From positions 1-16,009 of the forward strand of contig JBEPZZ010000037.1 of assembly GCA_041640575.1 (NCBI GenBank): DNA of 16,009 nucleotides. Reading direction: 5' to 3'. Made by a program: the position numbers and the translations under genes. Of the stretch, positions 5,888-13,310 are shown in pieces. The DNA comes from Pseudothermotoga sp. Lineage in GTDB: Bacteria > Thermotogota > Thermotogae > Thermotogales > DSM-5069. The notes under the pieces were generated by a model, which worked only from the letters and a program-made list of their open reading frames with translations, was not told the origin of the DNA and ran no database searches. The stretch's first letter is position 1, and each line of letters starts with the position of its first letter.

Positions 5888-8125
5888 ATGAAAACTTTTT
5901 TCACGGTTGTTTTTTGTTTTATTTTCGCAGCGTTTGCTTTTGGAATAAGGGTTAGCAGCATAAGGTTTGAGGGGCTTCAAACTGTCGAAGAGAGTTATCT
6001 TAAGCAATTGGTTTCTGACTATGTGAATGTGGAACTCAACGATAAAGGTGTCCAGGATATGCTTAGGAAAATTTTCGATACCGGTTATTTCTCATCACTC
6101 ACCCCGAATTTTGTTTTTGATGGTGTATCCTATACTCTTGTGGTTAAACTCGAAGAGAATCCCAAAATTTCTGATTGGAGGCTCGATATTACAGGTCCGG
6201 GTTTGGTAAATAAGAGTGACTTGGAATCCGTGGTAACGGTTGAAAAAAACAAAGCACTTAATTTGAATAAAGTCCGCGAATCTTTGCAGAAAATAAAGTC
6301 AGTTTATGATTCTGCGGGATATTTCTTGATAGAGGTTGGAGGAGATTTAGATAAAGATGTTTATGTACTCAAGGTAGTTGAGTATGCACTTTGGGAAGTT
6401 TACTTTGATGGCGAAATCGAAGGCATTGACTTCTCAAAAATTAGAAAGGAAATGACGGTTGATACACTCAAAGATTTCTACACAACCCCCTCTTTTTTAA
6501 GGATTTTACTTAAGGACATAAAAAAGTGTTATCCAACAACCTCAAAAATTTCTGAAATACTTTCGACGCTAAGTAAATATGTTTATTTTGCTCCAGAAAC
6601 TTCGCTAGATTTTGAGCCTGTAAGCATACCAGGTGTGAAAGAACGAGCCGTTCGTATGAAGATAAATGTGGTTCAGAGAAAAATTATCGTTCAACCAAAA
6701 AGTTTTAATGAGATTCGACTAGCGGGAAATTCTTTAATATCTTCGCTCGAACTGCTTAGGATCAGCAAGCTCGTTGAAGGTCAAGTTTATTCAAACAGTG
6801 ATATTCTAAAAGCCATGCAGTCGATTACAGAGCTTTATGATCAAAAAGGATTTGTGGGAGTTTCAGTTCAAGCAAAAGACTTAGGGAATGTCTTGGAATT
6901 CCAGATTTTTGAAAAATACGTAAAGGACATTCGTTTCGATGGGATGACTTTAACAAAGCCTTATGTGATAAAAGATCTTCTAACTTTTGAGAAAAATGAA
7001 CCATTGAAAAAACAAGATTTTTATGACACCATGTCTGCTCTTAACAGAACTCAGTTTTTTGAATCTGTCTCGGTATATCCAGTAATTCAAGACGATCCAA
7101 GACACGCAACCATCGTCATAAACGTAAAGGAAAAAGAAAGAAAATTCAATCTAACTGGTGGTGTTGCCTGGACTCCACCTGCTTCAGGACTTGAGTGGTA
7201 TCAAGGGTTTGCGGGGCAAGTTAGTCTGTCAACGATTAATCCGTTTGGTTATGGAGAAAGCTTTTCCTTTGAAGGTGAACTTGGATTTTCATCGGCTAAA
7301 TTGGATTTCACCTTCTCTATAAGGCGCCCATTTGATATCCCAGCTATACTTGGAGCAAACGTTTCGTATCAGAAGAACTATACGGTTGATTCTACTGCTG
7401 TGACCTTTGACAAATTCAAAGTAGGTGGGTCTTTCTCAACATTAAGATTATTTGGTCACAGTCTTGGCTTTGGGACAAACTATGAGTACAGATTCTTTCC
7501 TCTAACACCCCCGATACAAGAAAATACTTTGATTCTTTCAGCAAGTTATTCTTATGACACACGAAACAATATTTTGTTTCCAACAGAAGGCCAGTATATG
7601 TCGATTGGATTGGACAAGTCAGGTTTGTTTGGGATACTGGATGACAGAAGTTATTGGAAAGCAATACTTGATGCAAGATTTTTCACACCATTGTTGAACA
7701 ACGATATCGTACTGGCGTTTAGAGTCTACGGTGCTTCGCTGTTTTTTGAGAATTACAAGTACAAAAACGATTTTGAGGCAGCAAGTGTGCCAGAGAGTGC
7801 ATACGGTGAGTATATATTGTTCCATGGTGTGAATTCCGTAAGGGGTTTGTCAGCAGGCAGAGCAAAAGCTGGGGTTTTGGCAAGTGCTGAGTTGAGGTAT
7901 GATTTAAAATCCCAGGTTCTTCCTATGTATCTTGTTGGATTTGTCGATGCAGGTGGTACTGGAACTTCCTTATCTAATGTGGCATTAAATCTCACTGCTG
8001 GTCCTGAGTTGGATGTTGTTATACCTATGTTTGGTGCACTTAGCTTTGGTGTTGCCTATCATTTTGATGGAAATTGGGCTTGGGAGAATTTCAAAACATT
8101 CTTTAGGCTTGGATCAACTTTCTGA
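5888..8125 (+). CDS. bamA: BamA/Omp85 family outer-membrane protein assembly factor
   Basis: Signal peptide (MKTFFTVVFCFIFAAFAFG), POTRA-like repeats (IRFEGLQTV..IFDTGYFS; IRLAGNSLIS..YDQKGF; IRFDGMTLTK..LNRTQFFESV), beta-barrel with INPFGYG, YDTRNNILFPTEG, SVRGL (VRGF-like loop 6) and terminal Phe (RLGSTF). Confidence 0.88.
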   Translation: MKTFFTVVFCFIFAAFAFGIRVSSIRFEGLQTVEESYLKQLVSDYVNVELNDKGVQDMLRKIFDTGYFSSLTPNFVFDGVSYTLVVKLEENPKISDWRLDITGPGLVNKSDLESVVTVEKNKALNLNKVRESLQKIKSVYDSAGYFLIEVGGDLDKDVYVLKVVEYALWEVYFDGEIEGIDFSKIRKEMTVDTLKDFYTTPSFLRILLKDIKKCYPTTSKISEILSTLSKYVYFAPETSLDFEPVSIPGVKERAVRMKINVVQRKIIVQPKSFNEIRLAGNSLISSLELLRISKLVEGQVYSNSDILKAMQSITELYDQKGFVGVSVQAKDLGNVLEFQIFEKYVKDIRFDGMTLTKPYVIKDLLTFEKNEPLKKQDFYDTMSALNRTQFFESVSVYPVIQDDPRHATIVINVKEKERKFNLTGGVAWTPPASGLEWYQGFAGQVSLSTINPFGYGESFSFEGELGFSSAKLDFTFSIRRPFDIPAILGANVSYQKNYTVDSTAVTFDKFKVGGSFSTLRLFGHSLGFGTNYEYRFFPLTPPIQENTLILSASYSYDTRNNILFPTEGQYMSIGLDKSGLFGILDDRSYWKAILDARFFTPLLNNDIVLAFRVYGASLFFENYKYKNDFEAASVPESAYGEYILFHGVNSVRGLSAGRAKAGVLASAELRYDLKSQVLPMYLVGFVDAGGTGTSLSNVALNLTAGPELDVVIPMFGALSFGVAYHFDGNWAWENFKTFFRLGSTF

Positions 8126-8193
8126 GAATGAAAAAGCAACAGTGAGATACAAGGAGCATTGTTCAAAGTCCTTGTGGTAAACGAGCAATAGTG

Positions 8194-8202
8194 TGTTATA
8201 AT
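8194..8202 (+). promoter_or_regulatory. Extended -10 promoter for the yloC-remA-gmk-rpoZ-coaBC operon
   Basis: TG-T-TATAAT at 8194-8202, 19 nt before the TTG start at 8222; no well-spaced -35. Confidence 0.6.
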
Positions 8203-8221
8203 TGGCAAAGGGTGTGGTATT

Positions 8222-9100
8222 TTGCCTAAAAGCATGACAGGATACTCAAAATCGCAAAAGACATCCAAGGATTGGCGAGTTACCTGTGAAGTAAAATCTC
8301 TGAATTCAAAGTATTTGACTGTTGATCTATCTTTACCTCAGTTCTTGTTTGCAGCTGAGGGTGAACTAATTCAAATTGTTCAAAATCACATAAAAAGAGG
8401 AAAGGTGTCAGTAAGGATTTTTGTTGAATTCTTAGCCTCTCTGGATGCTGTAAAGGTGGATTTTGGTCTTGCAAAGAGTTACCACAGTGCGCTTGATCAA
8501 CTTGTTCATGAGCTTGGAATTCCTGAACCAGTTAATTTGGAAAATCTTTTGAGGTTCAAAGAAATAGTTCGATTTGAACTTCCCGATGATCAGCGAGAAG
8601 CTGTCCTAATTGAAGTAAAGGAACTTTTGAATGAAACGTTAGCATCTTTGAACACTGAAAAGCAGAAGGAAGGAGAAAGATTATCAAAAGATCTTCAAAC
8701 GATGCTAAGTAATATGGAGAGATTAACCTCAAGAATTGAGATAAGGTTTAAAGAAATCCAACCATTAGTAAAGGAAAAACTCATAGAAAACGCAAGATCA
8801 CTCTTGAACGAGAATGTCCCAGTAAATGAGGTACTAATTGAAAATGCTGTGGCTCTATACATTCAAAAGATAGACATTCGTGAGGAATTAACAAGGTTGA
8901 TCACTCATTTTGAAAGAGCTCGGCAACTTTTGCAATCTCAAGATCCGATTGGAAATCACCTAGACTTTCTGGCTCAGGAAATGAACAGGGAAATAACCAC
9001 TGTACTTTCTAAATCTCAAGATAGCGATATAATCGATGCTGCTTTGAATTGTAAGGTCCTGATATCACAGTTCAGGGAACAAATTCAGAATCTCGAATAA
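8222..9100 (+). CDS. yloC: YicC/YloC family endoribonuclease
   Basis: SMTGY, EVKSLNSKYL, IKRGKV, EGERL, DIREELTRLITH, LDFLAQEMNREITT and FREQIQNLE motifs; canonical position upstream of remA-gmk. Confidence 0.93.
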   Translation: MPKSMTGYSKSQKTSKDWRVTCEVKSLNSKYLTVDLSLPQFLFAAEGELIQIVQNHIKRGKVSVRIFVEFLASLDAVKVDFGLAKSYHSALDQLVHELGIPEPVNLENLLRFKEIVRFELPDDQREAVLIEVKELLNETLASLNTEKQKEGERLSKDLQTMLSNMERLTSRIEIRFKEIQPLVKEKLIENARSLLNENVPVNEVLIENAVALYIQKIDIREELTRLITHFERARQLLQSQDPIGNHLDFLAQEMNREITTVLSKSQDSDIIDAALNCKVLISQFREQIQNLE

Positions 9101-9121
9101 TATTGAGGAGGTGCAGCGCGA

Positions 9122-9397
9122 ATGTATGGTTTGATAAACATAGGTTTTGGGAACGTTATTTCTGGAGATAGGGTAATAGCAATCGTTAATCCTGAGTCTG
9201 CACCTTTGAAAAGGCTTAAAGAGGAAGCAAAGGGTGAAGGGAAGCTGATAGATGCAACGTATGGTCGTAAAACGAGAGCCATTTTGATAACCGATAGTAA
9301 CCATATAATTCTGAGTGCCATTCAACCGGAAACAATAGCACAACGTTTTAAACAATCCCTGATAGAAATTGAGGAAAGTTTGAGTAAAGTGAGGTAG
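9122..9397 (+). CDS. remA: RemA/YlzA (DUF370) family regulator
   Basis: [36 protein letters not shown] and [24 protein letters not shown]. Confidence 0.93.
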   Translation: MYGLINIGFGNVISGDRVIAIVNPESAPLKRLKEEAKGEGKLIDATYGRKTRAILITDSNHIILSAIQPETIAQRFKQSLIEIEESLSKVR

Positions 9398-9401
9398 AAA
9401 C

Positions 9402-10040
9402 GTGAAAGGTGTTCTGTATGTAATAAGCGGTCCGTCTGGTGTTGGGAAAACGAGCATAATTGAGGGCACACTCAAACGAGTACGTAACTTAGTTTTTTCA
9501 GTGTCTTTCACAACGCGGCAGAAAAGAGCAGGTGAAATTGAGGGAAAAGATTACTATTTTGTCGATAAGGAAACTTTCCAAGAAATGGTTCGACGTGGTG
9601 AATTTCTCGAATGGGCAGTTGTGCACGGTAACTACTACGGTACACCAAAGAAATTCGTTGATGAAAACTTGCAAAAAGGGTTGAATGTACTTCTTGATAT
9701 TGACGTTCAAGGTGCTATGAGTGTTATGGAGAAAACAAATGATGCTGTTTATGTCTTCATAGCTCCTCCCTCTTTCGAGACACTTAAACAGAGACTTAGC
9801 AAGCGTGGAACTGAAAATCCGGAGGATTTACAGAAACGACTTGAAGATGCGAAAAAAGAGTTATCCTATATCACGAAGTTTGAGTATATAATTGTCAATG
9901 TTGACTTAAACGAATCGATAGACCAGCTATGTTCTATCATTGTTGCAGAGCAGCTCAGAGTCAAAAGATTTGTGGAAAGACTTGGAGAGTACAAAATATT
10001 TGAAGATGGAGGTGGATCATTTGCCAGGTACAATATTTAA
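9402..10040 (+). CDS. gmk: Guanylate kinase
   Basis: [11 protein letters not shown]-loop, [36 protein letters not shown] and FIAPPS. Confidence 0.97.
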   Translation: MKGVLYVISGPSGVGKTSIIEGTLKRVRNLVFSVSFTTRQKRAGEIEGKDYYFVDKETFQEMVRRGEFLEWAVVHGNYYGTPKKFVDENLQKGLNVLLDIDVQGAMSVMEKTNDAVYVFIAPPSFETLKQRLSKRGTENPEDLQKRLEDAKKELSYITKFEYIIVNVDLNESIDQLCSIIVAEQLRVKRFVERLGEYKIFEDGGGSFARYNI

Positions 10041-10251
10041 CTATGACTATCTTTCGAAAAAGATACCATATAGGTATGCAGTGCCGATTGCGGTTGCAAA
10101 GAGAGGAGAAGCTCTTAAGGAGTACGCCAAGCCTTATGTAAAAACTGAAGATAATAACCCAGTTTCGATAGCTTTCAAAGAGCTGCAGGAAGGTTACGTA
10201 AGAATAAAGAACGAGGAGATTCTGAGAATACTCTTACCCGAGGTTCGATAA
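10021..10251 (+). CDS. rpoZ: RNA polymerase omega subunit
   Basis: [12 protein letters not shown] and [10 protein letters not shown] motifs; position between gmk and coaBC; start TTG 10021 after GGAGGTG (10008-10014), overlapping gmk by 20 nt. Confidence 0.88.
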   Translation: MPGTIFNYDYLSKKIPYRYAVPIAVAKRGEALKEYAKPYVKTEDNNPVSIAFKELQEGYVRIKNEEILRILLPEVR

Positions 10252-10253
10252 CC

Positions 10254-11435
10254 GTGAAAATTTTGTTAGGAGTAACAGGTTGTATAGCTTTGTACAAAGT
10301 AGTTGGGTTGGTTAGCTCGCTTCGAAAAGCAGGCCACGATTTGGCTATTGTAATGACTCAAAGTGCCGAAAAACTTGTTTCGAAAGACCTTTTTTCAGCT
10401 GTTGGGAATTGTCCAGTATACACGGAAAGAGACACTTTTGATATAAGGAAGGGTTGGATTCCTCACACTGAACTCTCAAAATGGCCAGATGTACTTGTGG
10501 TCGCACCAGCGACGGCAAATACCATAGCCAAAATAGCCAATGGTATAGCCGATAACCTTTTAACAATGATTTGTCTTGCTTACAATGGCGCAGCTAAACT
10601 CATTGTGCCGGCGATGAATTATAGGATGTATGAGAATCCCATTACACAAAAGAACATAGCTGCTTTGAAGGAGCTCGGTTGGTGGGTTTTGGAACCATCA
10701 GTCGGACATCTTGCATGTGGAGAGTATGGAAAAGGAAGGTATCCTGAGAATGAGATGGTTGAAGAAGCTATAGAAATCCTTGGCGCTGAGAAGAAATTAG
10801 CTGGGATGAGACTTTTAATCACCGCAGGGCCAACATGGGAGGCTATTGACCCAATTAGAATTGTTTCTAATCGTTCCAGTGGAAAAATGGGATATAAGCT
10901 TGCGAAAGTAGCAGTCAGAATGGGAGCTAATGTGACGCTAATTTCAGGACCGAGTTGCTTGCCAGCCCCATATTTTGTAAGCGAATTTGTGAAAGTCGAG
11001 AGTTGTGAGGAAATGTACAGGGAAGTTATGAGTAGATTTCAATCCGTTGACGCAGTCATCATGGCTGCTGCTGTTGCTGATTATAAACCGTCAACTGTTA
11101 GCAATCAGAAAATAAAAAAAGATTCAGACATGCTTGTTTTGAACATGGAAAAGACCAAAGACATATTATCGGATCTTGGTAAGATTAAAGGTGATAAAAT
11201 TCTTGTTGGCTTTGCAGTCGAGACTTCCAATCTTGAGGAGTACGCAAAATCGAAACTTTTTTCAAAGAATCTGGATATGATAGTTGCTAACCAAGCAAGC
11301 GCAATGTCGAGCGACGAAAATTCTGTTGTTATTTTCAAATCTGATGGAACTTCCAAACAAGTTGGGCCTGATGAAAAAGAGCGTATTGCTTTTGCTATTC
11401 TTGACGAGCTTTCTCTCATTTGGAATCGATCATGA
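10254..11435 (+). CDS. coaBC: Bifunctional phosphopantothenoylcysteine decarboxylase/synthetase
   Basis: GVTGCIALYK, HTELS, VAPATANTIAK, PAMN, GHLACGEYGKGR, ITAGPTWEAIDPIR, NRSSGKMG, AAAVADY and VGFAVET. Confidence 0.96.
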   Translation: MKILLGVTGCIALYKVVGLVSSLRKAGHDLAIVMTQSAEKLVSKDLFSAVGNCPVYTERDTFDIRKGWIPHTELSKWPDVLVVAPATANTIAKIANGIADNLLTMICLAYNGAAKLIVPAMNYRMYENPITQKNIAALKELGWWVLEPSVGHLACGEYGKGRYPENEMVEEAIEILGAEKKLAGMRLLITAGPTWEAIDPIRIVSNRSSGKMGYKLAKVAVRMGANVTLISGPSCLPAPYFVSEFVKVESCEEMYREVMSRFQSVDAVIMAAAVADYKPSTVSNQKIKKDSDMLVLNMEKTKDILSDLGKIKGDKILVGFAVETSNLEEYAKSKLFSKNLDMIVANQASAMSSDENSVVIFKSDGTSKQVGPDEKERIAFAILDELSLIWNRS

Positions 11436-12570
11436 GATAGTCTTCCATTGGTTTGAAAGTGATCGTATCTGCATTTCAACCCAGAGCTTTTACACTCCGT
11501 CAAACATGCAAAAAATCTATTTGTTCACACAAACGGGTCACAGATTGCCGGAAGAAAAAAATTCCGCTGGATATGTTTTTGACGTTTCAAGAACAGATTG
11601 GTTCATTCCTGAGGTCTTCGGTACAAGCGTTCTTGGATCGACGATGACGGGAGCAAACCCCCAGATAGTTTACCTATCTACTTTAAGATCTCAGCCGGAT
11701 ATTTTTGTTTTCTCGGATGTTCGGAACGACAGGACGTATGTAATTGTGAAAATACCTCAGGGATGGCTTTTAGAAGAATGCATCTTACAAAATGTGCAGT
11801 TCAAGAAATTTTCATATGGAGACTATTTATACCTCTACTCGGCTAGCAAGTTAGAGGACGGCATACACAAATTGATCTTGAATTTTCGACTTCCTTATGA
11901 AATCAAGAAAACCTACTCACAGGAGTTATTTATATTTAACTCAGTTGTGAACATTTTGCGTGGGGGTATGGAACCTTATGTTATTGAACCGGTGGCACCT
12001 TACCAACATGTGGTTCAACGAGGGGAGACGCTGTGGGAGATAGCGACAAAATACGGCTTAAGGGTTTCGGATCTAGAAATAGCAAACAATCTGCCGGATG
12101 GAAACCGCATTTTAGCTGGTTCAGTACTGAAAATAGCTCGTGTACGTTTCCTGGAGTCGCTAACAACTATAGTTATAAACACTCGAATATCGAGGCTTGC
12201 TTTATATTATGACAACAAGTTGGTCAAAACCTTTCCAATAGCCGTTGGAAAAAGTGATACAACACCGCCAGGAACATATTGGGTAATGAAAAAGGAAATT
12301 GACCCGGCATTGTACTGGTACGGTGAGTACATACCTCCAAGATCACCCATAAATGGTCTTGGCACCCGTTTTTTGCAACTATCAAATCCGACCTATGGCA
12401 TACATGGTACAACAAAACCGTGGGAGATAGGAAAAAGAATCTCCCACGGTTGCATACGTATGTTTAATCAAGATATAGAAGCTATTGACGCTTTCATTAA
12501 CGTTGGTACTAAGGTAATCGTTATCAGAACAACTGAAGATTTCCCAGAAAATCTCCAGAACTTACCTTAA
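11371..12570 (+). CDS. Secreted LysM + YkuD L,D-transpeptidase family protein with an unassigned N-terminal domain
   Basis: Signal peptide MKKSVLLLLFLTSFLSFG from ATG 11371; LysM (HVVQRGETLWEIATKYG..LEIANNL..ILAGSVLKI); YkuD (FPIAVGK..TPPG..YGIHGT..SHGCIRM) with catalytic His and Cys. Confidence 0.9.
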   Translation: MKKSVLLLLFLTSFLSFGIDHEIVFHWFESDRICISTQSFYTPSNMQKIYLFTQTGHRLPEEKNSAGYVFDVSRTDWFIPEVFGTSVLGSTMTGANPQIVYLSTLRSQPDIFVFSDVRNDRTYVIVKIPQGWLLEECILQNVQFKKFSYGDYLYLYSASKLEDGIHKLILNFRLPYEIKKTYSQELFIFNSVVNILRGGMEPYVIEPVAPYQHVVQRGETLWEIATKYGLRVSDLEIANNLPDGNRILAGSVLKIARVRFLESLTTIVINTRISRLALYYDNKLVKTFPIAVGKSDTTPPGTYWVMKKEIDPALYWYGEYIPPRSPINGLGTRFLQLSNPTYGIHGTTKPWEIGKRISHGCIRMFNQDIEAIDAFINVGTKVIVIRTTEDFPENLQNLP

Positions 12571-12926
12571 AACCTTCCGCCTTTTTTCTCTGCTCTCTTA
12601 CGATATTCCGCGAATTTCTTTTCACTGTCTCTCAAAAACTTTGCCAACTTCTTTTCAAATTCAGCTTTTGAGGTTGATTTCTGCTGCTCTGCTTCCATTT
12701 TTTGCTCTTTCAAAGAAAGTTCCCATTTTCCATCTTTTGTTTTTCCTACAACTTTTGCTTCAACTTCTTGACCTTCCTTGAGAAAATCTGCCACGTTTTT
12801 CACATACTGATTCGATATCTTTGAGATGTGTATAAAACCAGGTTCGCCGTTTTCTAAAGTAACCATTGCTCCGAATTTTGTTATTTGAGTTACTTTACTT
12901 TTGACGATGTCTCCAACCTTTGCCAC
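12567..12926 (-). CDS. S1-domain RNA-binding protein (YugI/GSP13/YabR-like)
   Basis: KVGDIV..VTQITKFGAMV..GFIHISKIS..YVKNVADFLKEGQEVEAKV..LSLK, plus FEKKLAKFLRDSE tail; GAGGAGGGG SD before GTG. Confidence 0.9.
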   Translation of the reverse strand: MAKVGDIVKSKVTQITKFGAMVTLENGEPGFIHISKISNQYVKNVADFLKEGQEVEAKVVGKTKDGKWELSLKEQKMEAEQQKSTSKAEFEKKLAKFLRDSEKKFAEYRKRAEKKGGRF

Positions 12927-12956
12927 AAATGCCCCTCCTCAAAAAGTTTTATGGCA

Positions 12957-13172
12957 TTAATATTCCTTACCCTGATACTTTTTGCGGAACTTTTCGATTC
13001 TACCCTCAGTGTCAATCACAAGCCCGGCCCCACTCGCACCCTTGTATAGAGGATGACAGTTGGAGCAAACGTCTATTCTAACGTTTTGACGAGCAGTGTA
13101 AAACTTGTGTTCCGCTCCACAAGCACATTTGACTGTCACAAGTCTCAATTCAGGATGAATTCCTGCCTTCAT
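12957..13172 (-). CDS. rpmE: 50S ribosomal protein L31, zinc-binding (C+) type
   Basis: [21 protein letters not shown] and [22 protein letters not shown]. Confidence 0.97.
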   Translation of the reverse strand: MKAGIHPELRLVTVKCACGAEHKFYTARQNVRIDVCSNCHPLYKGASGAGLVIDTEGRIEKFRKKYQGKEY

Positions 13173-13223
13173 GTCTTAAATCACCTCTTCGTTGAATTCA
13201 TACTGATCATAAAATTCAATCAA

Positions 13224-13250
13224 ATTATACCATAAAAACGAATTTTTCAA
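13224..13250 (-). promoter_or_regulatory. Promoter for the rpmE-S1 operon
   Basis: TG-G-TATAAT (13232-13224), a perfect extended -10; TTGAAA at 13250-13245 with a 15 bp spacer. Confidence 0.6.
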
Positions 13251-13310
13251 CTATCAACTTGTAAATAATATCACACAGATAATATTGTCAAATGCATTTG
13301 AGATTTGTTT

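Noticed and set aside
8149..8175. Inverted repeat ACAAGGA / TCCTTGT after bamA as an intrinsic terminator
   Set aside because: A 7 bp stem with a 13 nt loop and no U-tract is too weak to call.
9065..9511. 148 aa antisense ORF, and the other short overlapping ORFs in the track (e.g. 634..918, 1473..1760, 11105..11503, 15175..15495)
   Set aside because: They overlap well-conserved genes and show no recognisable motifs; treated as shadow ORFs.
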